Positions 13,511 through 29,200 of a DNA stretch of 64,000 bases are shown here, piece by piece. The DNA comes from the human T2T-CHM13v2.0 reference genome, Homo sapiens: assembly GCF_009914755.1 (NCBI RefSeq), contig NC_060925.1; one strand, given 5' to 3'. Position 1 is the first letter of the stretch, and every line of letters begins with the position of its first letter. Both the position numbers and the translations under genes were made by a program. Below the pieces are notes generated by a model, which was not told the DNA's origin, ran no database searches, and saw nothing but the letters and a program-made list of their open reading frames with translations.

Positions 13511-13711
13511 GGTTAGGATTTTGAATGTGATTATTAGACGTTTACCTTGGAACAAATGCTTTCCAGGTTACCCAGTCCCTGTGGGACAATTTTGTTTATT
13601 TAAATGACTTGCCTGATCCTGATCAGCATCTGAGCTTGTGACCACTGGTGAGAAAAGAGAACAAGGACAGAAATTGGGAGCTGACTATAATTTAGGAGAC
13701 CAAAGACATAA

Positions 13712-13990
13712 GCCTAATTTTGACATTTGGACCTTTAATCCATTTAGAAATGTATTGATATATGGTGTGAGTCTGGGATTCAACTTTTTTTTTTTTTTTC
13801 AAATATCAAGCCAGTGACATTAATAGCACATACTGAATCACCCATGTTTCCTCACTGCTTTTAAAGATCACTTTTATAATATCCTCATTTTTATATAGTT
13901 GAGTCCATAGCTAGATTTTCTATTCAGTTTCATTGATCTGTTTACGGGCTCCTGCAACAGTAGTACAACTCCATGAGATTGTTATTTTAT
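13712..13990 (-). mobile_element. Old L1 (L1M) ORF2-region fragment
   Basis: tttaatccatttag...atatggtgtgag...ctattcagtttcattgatctgt is antisense L1 ORF2 text. Confidence 0.65.
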
Positions 13991-14229
13991 AACTGTCATT
14001 GTATTTATGGTGTTAGAATAGTGCCTGGCACATAGTAGGCACTCAGATATTCATTGAAATGGTGAATAAATAAATGAATATATTATTGCACTTTTGAAAT
14101 TTAAAAAAATATTTGGCCAGGAAAGTCTCCCTTTTCTTATTCAACTTTTATAAAACACTCAGGGCTAGACTCATGACTTTATTCCTCCAAGGGAACCAAG
14201 TGTTATAAGGCTGGCAGATGTCAGGAGAA

Positions 14230-14810
14230 TCAATCAGCAGAAGGTGAGGCTGGAGAGACAGCAGGAGGCATGCCATAAAGGGGCTTGTGCCCAAGCCAAT
14301 GAGATCAAATTTCACTCTGTAAGCCATAGGCAATGTTGAAGGGTTGTGGGTGGGAGAGAAATTGTCAGATAGATGATTTCAGGAGATCTCTCTGTGGGCC
14401 CTAGGGTGGGTGATTGTAGGGGGACAAGACTAGGGATGCTGCAGCTCTAGGCTAGGAGGAAAAAATGAACTTGAGAGCTACCTAGCAGGTGGAATCAACA
14501 GGTTATGGAACCTAATCTCATTTGGGTGCTGGATGTAAGATAAAAGGAGATGAGATTGACCTCCAGTTACCTGGCTTGAGTAGCTGAAGGAAGAATGGTG
14601 CCCCATACTTGATAGGGTCTAGAGAAGGAGATCTGGGTTTGTGGGGGAAATGCAGTTTGTTGTGGACTTGGTAAGTCTGAGGCACCCATGGGTCTTGTTT
14701 AGAATGCAGTTAGTTCTGGAGTAAGATGAGAGATACAGAGAAAAAGGCTTTCAGGCCAATAGAGGTTAAAATCACAGGTATGGATGAGGTGGCCAGGACA
14801 ACGTGTTGTT
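14230..14810 (-). mobile_element. L2 internal relic
   Basis: Purine-rich antisense L2 text (gaggctggagagac...ggtggaatcaacagg...ggatgaggtggccagg). Confidence 0.55.
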
Positions 14811-14841
14811 CAAAGATAAACTGTATAGAGTCTATTTTCAA

Positions 14842-15395
<554 letters not shown>

Positions 15396-17097
15396 TGGAG
15401 TCCATTCTTCCAAAGACCATATCCCCAAAGACCTACTCTGAACCCTGTTCCTGGCCTCCAGCTGCTATTTGTCTTGGCCCGCAGCAATGGATTAATTTCA
15501 TACGTTCAGAGGTGAACTCCCAGCCCAGGGGAAGCTACTGTGCACACACACATACTTTTTTAAAACAATTAGAGACTCACAGTCTCAAAACGCCCCAAAA
15601 GTTCCTGTATCATCCAAATTAACTCTCAGGGCTCTGTTCAGGAAGTTCTTATTAGCTCTCTGCCTCCTCAGCCTGAAGCAAGTAGAACCTCTGAGGGCAT
15701 GCAGGCCACAACAGCTGGACGCTGGTGGGAAGGGAACAGATACTCCAGTGCGTAACCCTTCTCTCCCAGTGACTCGCAGCTGCCTGCCTCAGAAATTTTA
15801 CACAATCACCCAGGAGCATGCAACCTGCTCTCTTCTGCATGATAGTTAATAGATGCAAATCCATGATTAATATTTTCCTCCACTGATTCTGATTTCATTC
15901 TGTTAGTGATTATACTGATGGCAACAGTTGAGGGGATTAAAAATCCTGTTTAATTCGCGTTAGTTTTTTTTTTTTTAACTTTGCTGATAAATGTTAAATG
16001 TCAAGTGCTTTGGTGTCTTCCACAAGATGCAGAGGCCAAATGAGGAGGCCAACAGAAGTAGCAGCTCAGAAACAGCTCAGAGAAAGTCGTAACTTAACCA
16101 GATGACCCATATTCCACATAGCTAATGAAAACAGAGCACATAAGCTTGCCCAGTGGCTCCCGAGGTCCTAATATCAACTGCATCTTTTCCATTTAATGAT
16201 CCTCAATAATGAAGGCACTGGGGAAACCTTGCAATTTAAAGAAATGCCTTAGGGAGCCCTGTTGTAAGGCAAATACTTGGCCCTTGGTTGATCTCTTTGT
16301 AAGTCTAGTGTGCATTTTTAAGCCTGAGAAAAGCAATACAGATATATAGCATCCACAGTTTTCTCACTTCTATACCCCTTCCTTCCCACCCCAAATCCTA
16401 TTTTCTATCCCTCAATACACAGGGAAAGCTCCTTGAGAAGCCAGGTCAGCCGAATCCCTTACACACTTCCAAATTCCCCACTCTGTAGGTGGTGGTATTG
16501 AGGGTGGAAATGGCAAATGGGAACCTGAGAAATTAGGACTTTTGTTTGTGTTTTTTAGTTTGCCCACGAATCCAGGGTACTGCTCCTATCAATCTCCTAG
16601 AGAAAAGATGAGTTAGGAGGAACGCATGCTCAGAAATTCAGCCTTGGTGGGAGTGAGAGTGGGGAGAGTGGATCTGAATGAGTGAAATGCCAATTCACTT
16701 TCCCTGCCTCCTGCGTGGCCCCCTCCTCCTGCCTCTGGCCCAGCCCTGCTAGTTTGCCAACTCATTCTCTGTATCCATGGCTTGGGGGGGACACAGGCAG
16801 CCAGTCACTAACGACACAGCCAGTTGAAGGGTGAAGTGATTCCACCAGTTGTCACTAACAAAGCTCTGAGGCTAAAATCCAGGTCATCAGGTCTTTACCC
16901 CTCCCCAGGGTTGAGGATCTCCCCTTTCCCCACACACCAGGAGCGCTTTGTCTGTAGCTCTCCCTCCCCGACCCCAGTATTAGCATGGATTTCTTTTCTT
17001 CGTATTTAGTATCACAATTAATTGTATACAGCATCTGGCCTGTATGGAGAGTCCCTAGAGCAAAAAAGTGTGCTTGTTCCTCTTGTCCCTGATTTCT

Positions 17098-17402
17098 TTT
17101 TTTTTTCTTTTTTTTTTTTTTTTGAGACAACATCTTGCTCTGTCACCAGGCTGGAGTGCAGTGTCGTGATCTCTGTTCACTGAAACCTCCGCCTCCCGAG
17201 TTCAGGCAATTCTCCTGCCTCAGCCTCCTGAGTAGCTGGGACTACAGGCACCCACCACCACGCCCGGCTAATTTTTGTATTTTTAGTAGAGACGGGGCTT
17301 CACTATGTTGGACGGGGTGGTCTCGATCTACTGACCTTGTGAACCGCCCACCTCAGCCTCCCAAAATGCTGGGGTTACAGGCGTGAGCCACCATGCCCGG
17401 CC
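17098..17402 (-). mobile_element. Full-length Alu (AluSc-like)
   Basis: tgtcaccaggctgg and ctcgatct...gaccttgtga diagnostics; 17-bp TSD TCTTGTCCCT(G/A)ATTTCT at 17081 and 17403. Confidence 0.96.
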
Positions 17403-17499
17403 TCTTGTCCCTAATTTCTGTGCAACCCCATCATCGTCTTTTGTCATTTGGACTTTTTGCAGTGCACAACACAATCACCTGAATAGATTAAACAAACAA

Positions 17500-17610
17500 A
17501 TATGATCAGACTTCATCCCAAGCAAGAATCTCCCCTGGTCAGACTAGGCACCATTCTTGCCGACACCTCCCAAGGTGATTCTGATGTAACCTCTAGATTA
17601 AGAACTTCTG
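17500..17610. mobile_element. MER5-type DNA transposon fragment
   Basis: ctcccaaggtgattctgatg...ttaagaacttctg resembles a MER5A/B end. Confidence 0.5.
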
Positions 17611-17789
17611 CCATAGGAGTTTGTTGTGCTCAGAAAAGGGGAGAGAAGAGGGAGACACAGAGGTAAAAAAGAAGATGCATAAATTAACTAGATTGGAGTT
17701 ACTCCATCTCTGCTTGGTCCTGACTTTAACTCATGTAGCTGTCCTTGATCAGGTACAAGATTTGCTTCCTCTCTTGCCCCTTGATCACC

Positions 17790-18725
<936 letters not shown>

Positions 18726-19203
18726 TATGTCATTCTTATTGGTGAATGTGCTCTACTTTCTAATAATTCATTCAATAATAGTTCTAGGAACTTGTAGCAA
18801 AGAGTAGAAATTTTTCATATTTAAATTGCAAAAGCGAAGAAATGTAATTTTACTAATTTCAAGGATATGCTTTGTTAACCAAAATTTCTAAGTAGAAGTT
18901 CTAACTGCGTTACTTTAATTAGTAGACAAACCTATCTATAATTAGTACATCAATTATATGCAAATGAAACTGCCAATATCCTTGAATATGTTTTGTCCCC
19001 TTAAGCAGTTGCAACATTCTCCACCTTCACCATGTAATTTTGTTTACAAGACTATTTTGTTTACTAGTCTCTTAATTCATAAATAGTGTAAAAAATAAAC
19101 ATCAGTCTTGTACCAGCTGAATTATCACACATCCCAAATCACTGGAAACCCAGTTATTAAGTGGTGGAATCATCTCTGAATATGACAAGTGTAGATAGAT
19201 TAG

Positions 19204-19740
<537 letters not shown>

Positions 19741-20024
19741 CCAGCACCTTCTTTAGACATTGGTGATATCACTGAGAATGACTTCTTAAGCCACAGTCAC
19801 TATAAAGAGTCAATCACCAAAGACGAGATAATCTTGTGTCACTGCAGTTGAAGATCAGCTCTCAACAACTGGTGCAAGCCTCCCAGCCCTTGAGAGCCAG
19901 GGATTAACTAAAGATAATCCTCAGAGCTTGCAGACTTTCAGACATAGTGGAGTGAGCAGTGGACAATAGAGGAATGTGATTTCCCAAAGAGGATCCAAAT
20001 CAAGGGGGTCAGCAAAACATAAAT

Positions 20025-20520
20025 ATATCAAAGAGATGTTTGTACACCCATAGCAGCATTATTCACAATAGTCAAGAGGTGGAAGCAACCCAGGTGTCCA
20101 TCCATGGATGAATGGATAAAAAAAAGTGTGGTCTATACATACAATGGAACATTATGCAGCCTTAAAAAGGAAAGAAATTCTGACACATGCTACCTCATGG
20201 ATGAATTCTGATGACATTATGTGAAGTGAAATAAGGCAGTCACAAAAAGGGAAATGCTGTATAATTCCATTTATATGAGGTAGCTAAAGTAGTCAAATTC
20301 ATGGCAACAGAAGGTAAAATGGTGGTTGCCAAGAGCTGGGGAAAAAGGGAAATAAGGAGTTGTTTAAGAGTTTTAGTCTTACAAGGTGAAAAATTTCTGG
20401 AGTTCCACTGCCCAACAATGTGAATATACTGAACACTACTAAACTTTGCACTTAGAAATGCACTTATATATACATACATAAAATTTATGTTATGTATATT
20501 TTACAGTTAGAAATTTAAAA
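20025..20520 (+). mobile_element. L1MB-type 3' end
   Basis: gcagcattattcacaatag...tggaagcaaccc...gtgaaataag...aatggtggttgcc...aatgtgaatatactgaacactact. Confidence 0.88.
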
Positions 20521-20841
20521 TATTGAAAACAACTACATGTTAGGGATAATTTTAAATATAAAGAAAAACAACTGTAACCAAAATTCATAGGATTAGTACT
20601 ACTGTGTCCTGTCATAAAACTATTTAGACTTCCCAACACTCAAAAGAAATATTCACATATTTGATTCCTACCAATATTCTAGCTATGACAACTTTTCCCA
20701 ACTTACTGGTTTGGTCACATAATTAATAGTGATTGTTCCCATTAGGGGTTCCAAAATGCTACTGGCTAAACTTAGAAATATGGTGCTGGTATTTAGTCTT
20801 TTGTCTCCAAGAAAATTCTTAATTTTAAAAAGCTCATTTTT

Positions 20842-21790
<949 letters not shown>

Positions 21791-22589
21791 TCATTTTTAA
21801 ATATAAAGATAAAATGGAATAACATTAAAACTTATGAAAAGAAAAGCTTACATGTCCATCATCTCTCTTCCTAACAATGATTTCCCATTTATAAATTTAC
21901 CCTTCCAGTTCATTATTGTAGTCATTATATACATGCCATTTCACCTGTGTTTCTTTTGCTATTATACTATAGGTATTTTTCCACATATTATGTTTTTGTC
22001 AAAATTATTATTTTTAACGGCCATATAATATTCCATTGAGTTGATGACCATGATGAGCCTAGTCATTGGCTTATTTTTGAAGAGTCATTTCTGTTCTTCT
22101 AATACAGATAAAATAGTTTTGGATATTTAACCCACTCCTGATATACTTAGTGTTTTTCATGATTACTATTATAGACACAAACTATGAGAAACTCATAGAG
22201 CTGAAAGGGCTATGGGATCAATTATTCCTGTTCCTTAGTTGAGGAAGACTCTGAACCTATACACCAAACAGCACTCATCAGCCTAGTCAGATTTTCTTTG
22301 TGGCAAGTTTATGACCCCATGCGATGCTAAGTAGGCTATCAAAATGTGGATAGTTTTGCCTAAACCTTTTTGTGACATTCATTCAAATGGCAGCAATGAC
22401 ATATTTCTGTTTAAATCCCACATATAACAAATCCCACATATAACATTTGAGTACTTCAATGAATAAATTCCTCAAATTTCCTGAGTCCTAGGTAATTTTT
22501 GGAACCAGAGGATGGAGTTGAAGACCAATGTTTACTTAGCTATTTATTTGTTTTAACATTAAAATCAGATTTCATTCATCTGTTATGAG

Positions 22590-22945
22590 GTTTTAGCTGA
22601 TGCTCTTCCCCTCTGCCTGGTACACTTCCCTGCAGCCTCCTTCACCAAGACTGCTCCTACTCATCTTTTCCATCTCAACTCAAATGTCACTCCCTTAGGA
22701 AAGCTTTCCCTGACACTTCCTCTCCAACTAGGTCAGTTCCCTCAAGATATGTTCTGATAGTTTCCTGAACTTTCCCTTCATTGCATTTATCAGTCCCTAA
22801 TTATATATACTCAGGCAAGTATCTGACATTTGTCTCTCCCTCTAGGTGTAACCTCTATGAGCCAGAGGCTGGGTCTGTTTTGCTCACTGTATCCCAGTCA
22901 GTATCTAGCAGATAGTACATAATAATATTTGTTGACTGAATTAAA
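22590..22945 (+). mobile_element. L2 3' region
   Basis: ccctctgcctgg...ctcaaatgtcactccc...ctgttttgctcactgtatccc...aatatttgttgactgaat. Confidence 0.8.
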
Positions 22946-22991
22946 TGTCATCAGGGACAGTCAGGAACCAATAGGTTAAGAAAGGGGGAGA

Positions 22992-23393
<402 letters not shown>

Positions 23394-23663
23394 TTAACAA
23401 TCCATAAATCAAAGATTCCACCATAACTTTTCTTTCTGAAAGTAGTCTGGAACTGTCTCCAGTTACTCCTCCCTTCCCTTCTTTCATAATATGTAGGTGC
23501 ATAAAGCACCTGTCCACTTCTGCTTCACATTTATTTGTTATGTCTTATCTTTTATTATAAGATTGTACTTTTAGAAAACAAGGCTTACTTCTTCCTTACA
23601 TCCTATTTGCATGGCCAGCACTTAGGAGATCATATATAGTCAATAAATGTTAGCTCTTCTTAC

Positions 23664-25171
23664 CTAAAATTCATATGGAATGTCAAGAGACCCCAGATAA
23701 CCAAAACAATCTTGGAAAAGGACAAACTTAGAGATCTCACACTTCCTGATTTCAAAACCTACTGCAAAGCTACAGTAATCAAAATAATGTGGTACTGGCA
23801 TAAAGATAGACATATTAGCCAAGGGAATAGACAGCCCAGAAATAAACCCTCACATATATTGTCAAATGATTTTCAGCAAGGGCATCAAGACCATTCAATG
23901 GGAAAAGAACAGTTTTTTCAACAAATGATTGTGAGTATCTTGCATTGGATATCTGCATACAAGAAAATGAAGTTGGACCATTACTTTACATCATATACAA
24001 AAATTAACTCAAAATGGACCCAAAACCTAAATGTAAGGGCTAAAACTATGAAACTCTTAGAAAAAAAAACACAGGGGAAAAGCTTTATGACATAAGCTAT
24101 GGCAATTATTTCTTCACTATGATGCTGAAGCACAGGCAACAAAAGAAAACGTAAATAAATTGACCTTCATCAAAATGTAAAACTTCTGTGCATGAAAGGA
24201 CACAACCAATAGAGTAAAACGATAACACACAGAATGGGAAAAAATATTTGCAAATTATATTTCTGATAAGGAGTTACTATCCAGAATATATAACTAAACC
24301 ACAACCAAAAACCCAACCTGATTAAAAAATGGGCAAAGGATTTGACTAAACATTTCTCTAAAGAAGATACACAAATGGTCAATAAGCACATGAAAGGATG
24401 CTCAACATCACTAATCATTAGAGAGATGCAAATCAAAACCACACTAAGATACCACCTCACACACATTAGAATAGTGACTGTCAAAAAATTCCAGAAAATA
24501 ACAAGTGCTGGTGAGGATGTGGAGAGAATTTGCCCTGTTGGTGGAAATGTAAAATGATGAAGCTGCTATAGAAAACAATATACTGGTTCCTCAGAAAATT
24601 TAACAGGAATTATCATGTGATCAGTAATTCTACTTCTGGGTATATACACAAAAGAATTGAAAGCAGGGTCTTGCACATATATCTGTACATCCATATTCAC
24701 AGCAGCATGATTCTCGGTAGCCAAAAAGTGGAAGCAACTCAAGTGTCCATTGACAGATGAATGCATAAGCAACATGTGGTATATATACATACAATGGAAC
24801 ATGAGTTAGTCTTAAAAAGGAAGGCGATTCTGATGCATGCTACAACATGGATGAACCTTGAGGGCATTCGCCAAGTGAAATAAGGCAGTCACAAAAGGAA
24901 AAATACTGTATAATTCCTCATATTCCACTTATATGAGGCATCTCGAGTCGTCAAATTTATAGACAGAAAATGAATGGTAGTTGCCAGGAGCTGAGGATAG
25001 GGAGAAATGGGAAGGTGTTTAATGGATACAGTTTCAGTTTTGCAAGATGAAAGGAGTTCTATGGTAGTGGTGACGTTTGCACGACATTGTGAACATAATA
25101 CCACTAAACTGTATATTTAAAATGGTTAAGATGATAAATTTTGTTGTGTGTATTTTATCCCAATCTAAAAA
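23664..25171 (+). mobile_element. L1MB-type fragment (ORF2 3' part plus 3' UTR)
   Basis: Broken ORFs translate as L1 ORF2 (LTLPDFKTYCKATVIK..WYWHKDRH; [29 protein letters not shown]); ends ggttaagatgataaattt...aaaaaa. Confidence 0.93.
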
Positions 25172-27469
25172 AGTATCAGTTCCTTCTCTATTAATTTCTA
25201 TGATGAAACCTCTCAGAGCCCGGAATGGCCCCTTGCATCTAGCATGCATCAATAAATGCGTAAGCGGACGGATGACCAGATCCAGAGTTGGAAGTTACCT
25301 TTGGTGAAACCCTCTACCCAGCCTGAATCCTTCCAGGTTGTAGGACACTCACTACCTCTCAAAGCATGTCATTTCTTCTTCATTAGAAAATTCTTCTTCA
25401 TGCCACCTTTAAGCTGAAATATGACTTCCCTGTAATATTTCCCCTTCCTCGGTGATCATAGCTCTGCCTTCCAGGCCCAGAAAGAACAGGTCAAATTTCT
25501 ACCTCATCTGACCACCTTCATGCAATAAAAGACAGAGCTCTGTGCACTTGGAGAGTTAAAGCCTCACCCCAAATGCATCTTCCCGGCAGAGAGACAGTCC
25601 TTTTGCAGTTAAATCACACTGAAAATCCTCAAGAGGAATATCTGTTTCTGGTTCATTCCAGAGATGCACTAAATGGCAAGAACATGGAGGCAACACATGG
25701 ACCCGATGGAGTCTCCTTGTGGGAGGGGACTCCCATCTTTGAAGAACAAGAACTATTTATCTAGGAATAGAGAAATCTCTGAGTGAGACACCACCTGTCT
25801 TGAAGATGATTCTATGGCAGAGGAAGCCTTGTTTTGGGTCTAAGTCCATAGTATATACGTTACAGCAAAGCAGATTTCAACTCAATTATTTAAAAAAGAC
25901 TCTAGAACTGCAAGTGCATAAAAACTCATAGAATAGTAGTAACTGTAGGAATCATTACTATTAGGCCCCAGCTTGAACTTCATTGCCCCTTTGAATTCAG
26001 GAAATAAATAAGCACACGTACACATACGCACACCCCATATGTCACACCAGGCATTGTGGCGCCATCCATGACTGACACTAAACATTCTAGAAGTATTTCT
26101 GTTTTCATGCAGATACACACAGCACAGCTAGTTTCAAAATTAAACCACAATGAAAACTGTCACTACTGACAAGGAACTATGCAAAGACCTTCGGTCTCAG
26201 GCCCTTGCTCACTCAGGAGTACCTTGAGACCTGTTTCTTCCTGTTCAGCTGCAGTCACGGTTCTAACCTGGTTCTTCTCACGGCTGGTATCCTCTGACCT
26301 TTTATGTCTTGGCAATGACTTCCATGCATTTTGGCAGTGACTGCCTGAATCTCTGATTCAACCCTGATCGCAGCCTCTCGGGCTTTCTCGCTCCTTTAAT
26401 TCTTTCCGCGGATGGCCACGGCTTTTGCCGCCTGTACCCTTCCTGGAGCAACCCGTGCTTTTGAAAAATGACCATGCCGAAGGGGAACTAACACTCCCAG
26501 CCTGGTGCGGGTCTTGTCAATCTGATTTTTAAATGATGGAGGAGGAGGTTTGAGGACAAAGCTCATGGTGGCATTACCACTATCAGGGACGCTGCAAAGA
26601 TCAAGTGAAAAGGGGAAAAGGCTCTTCTCAATGTGAGCACATTCACAGGCTCTGAGGACAGAGAGGTATTTAAAGTGAACTGGAACAAACCTGCAACATC
26701 CGGTGCGTTCTGCCTTCAAAAATAGCTGCCAGTTAGAAAGGGTTATTTACATATTGATTTCATGCTAACTTTGTAATGGAATGTGCTGCCTGCCTGCCTG
26801 CCTGAGACCTAACAACTGTCATCATAATTTTTTCTAAAAATACAGTCAGAGAAAAACACTCATTGAACCCTCCACTGGAAAGTAGCTGCAAAAGACCCCC
26901 TGATCCCAAACCTGCTTGACAGACCACAGCCAAGGGCAGGGACACTCAACAACTGTAAACGAGGAACATTTCACAGCGGCAGCTGGCCCCTCTCTTCTTC
27001 CAACCAGCCAATATTTTTTGTCTTTCTAGAAAACCTGTCTTGTTCAAAGGTAAGAGTGCTGGGGAGTGGGGGGATGCCTCCCTGGAGCAGAGCAGCCTTT
27101 GTAGAAACTCCAGCTGGCCTCTCTTCAGAAATAATGGATGGAAAAGGGGCCCGAGTGGCCCACCAGCACCAGCGCTCCACCCTGGGCGCATTTCTGCCAC
27201 GGTTTCTCCTGGCATCTCTCTACCAAGGATCCCCACTTCTCGCCCCTCCTAATAGCCAGCTTCTAGTGATTCTCACTTGGACTTTTTCCGAACCCATCCC
27301 CAACTCACCCCACCCCCACCCCCAGGTTTGTCTCCGTGGATCCCACAGAGCTGAGCCCAGGCAGTTCTGTCGTCGTTCCCCAGTGCAATATTAGCAATTT
27401 AAATGCCTCTTTGCCAGGCCTGATGGAGCTGATTCGGTTGTGATCCTGGGCATATGGATGGCATATTTG

Positions 27470-27960
27470 CTGCGAGCTAGGTGAGACGCGTCCCAGAAGG
27501 ACCGCTGCCAGCCCCCGCAGCCGCCTTCTCCTGCTCCCGGGAGGCTGGGGCTGGCCGCGGAGCAGCGAAACCGGCCGGATCCAGGGTAACTGCGGCCCAC
27601 TTTGTTTTCAGCCGGCCCCCGCTGCTGCGGACAAATCTTTCATTCATGAACAGGAGCTTGTTAGGCCAACTCCGGACTCTAAAGCCACTTAATTAAATTG
27701 TGGAAAGTCGCTTGGTCCCGGTGGGAAATTTGCACACAAAGACCCGGGGTCCGCGCCCCCCCCACCCAGGAGCGCCGCCACAAAACCGGGCCTGGCCTCC
27801 CCCCGGCCCGCGCCCCTGCCCCTCCGCTCCCCGCGCCCTCTCCACCGCCGCAGCCGCAGCGAAAGCGGCGCCCCCTCATTAGAGGGCGTTTGTTAGGGAA
27901 TGTTTTCCCAGCGATTCACTGACGGGCCTTTCATTCCTCCCTCCGCAATCAAGGGCGGCA
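27470..27960. promoter_or_regulatory. CpG island not linked to a visible gene
   Basis: I count ~42 CpG in ~490 bp of GC-rich non-repeat DNA against CpG-depleted flanks; GC boxes (ccgcgcccc) present; CpG-rich shoulder to ~28260. Confidence 0.88.
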
Positions 27961-28914
27961 AGTGCAGCCTGAGAGCCCTCCACGGCCTGATTGCTGAAAG
28001 AATTTCCAAAAGGAAAGAGTGTAAACAGGTACATTGAAAAAGCCTCTTTTCAACAATTATGTAAACATTCCAAACACTATTTGAAAACTTTCACAGTGGA
28101 ACTGTCAAGTCGGAGCATTCTTGTTTAATTGCGCGGGCACAATGGTGGCTCTGGGGCTACCCCAGCCTCCCCCAGACCCCGCAGAGCTTAGCGGGACGTG
28201 GGAGGCCCGCAGATAAAGAAGTCACAGCGAGACAAGTGAGCTTTACTCTCCGGCCCACGGCATCTTTCCGTGTGTGTCCTTGCTCCCTTGGCCTCCAGAA
28301 GAACACCCTGGAAACAGGGAGGCGCCTTCTTTCTCCTGACTGGATTTCTCCAGGACCTGGGCCCCTGCTCTGCACAGAGGGTCGCTTGGTAATCAGGATG
28401 CAACTAGATGGAAACTTCTGTGTCATTTAAGGGTTTTCTCCAAAGCACCAAATGACCATTCTGAGATACCAGGCAAAATTGTTGGCAACGTTTTCCCTCC
28501 CCTTTAGAATGTTTCTCGCTGGCCTCTCCGGCCTCTCCTTTTCTGACTCTAGTTTGCTACTGGGCAAAAGTTTCCTCCTTTTCCATGCAGCTCAGAGTCT
28601 CCTGATTCACTAACTCAACTACCAGTGACCCTGATTACATTACTAGAAGTTGGAAGAGTTTAGGCCACACATGCAAACCGCTTAATCTCGTATTTCATGG
28701 AAACACCGAGGTACTCAGATCACTTTTATACATATTTTTCTCTGAATCTGTTTAGCCCGTCTCCAGTCATTAGCCTGGTCCAGGTCTGGCCAGCCTGTAA
28801 CCACCAAGGCTTGCAGGTTGCATCTGAATAGGAACCGTGGTTGTGACAAGTGGGATGTGATTTGTTTTCGTTTTTGTTTTTTTAAAACTCTATTTTCTTA
28901 AAAGCTGGGGAGGG

Positions 28915-29200
28915 GGCAGTCTAAATGTTCAACAGGAAGGGACTGGCATATCAACACAATGAAGTCTTACAAATGTGGAATATGAAGGCCATGTAGAGAT
29001 ATGGAAAATATTTATGCAACAACATACAAAATGAAGCCACAAAATCATATTTCCACTGTACTGGCAAATGCAAGAAAACATGTCTGTATGTGGCAAACGG
29101 CTAGAAAGGACATACCAGAATGAAAATACTTGTTCTGGGGAATGGGGGTACCAGCACGTTGTTTTACTTCCCAAGCATATATCTTTAATGTTATCACATT
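28915..29200 (+). mobile_element. Possible very old L1ME 3' fragment
   Basis: ctaaatgttcaacagg...cacaatg...ggctagaaaggacatacc is weakly L1ME-like. Confidence 0.4.

Larger units (their letters stand above)
12865..13647. mobile_element. hAT-Charlie DNA transposon fossil (MER102-like), split by MIR and MSTD
   Basis: 5' part tttggcccatgcgtatgttttgtttggtct (12865-12935) and 3' part cctgatcagcatctgagcttgtgaccactg (13512-13647) resemble the two ends of MER102. Confidence 0.55.
12260..13700 (-). mobile_element. L2 (L2a-like) relic hosting nested insertions
   Basis: cattcattcattc tail, tgtgccagggactgttcc, catggagcttacatt, tgagaaggtgaca; L2-like text resumes at ~13650 (gagaacaaggacagaa). Confidence 0.75.

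Noticed and set aside
27391-27922. Pro/Gly/Ala/Arg-rich ORFs over the CpG island
   Set aside because: Expected from GC-rich sequence in all frames; short, with no recognisable domain or exon structure.
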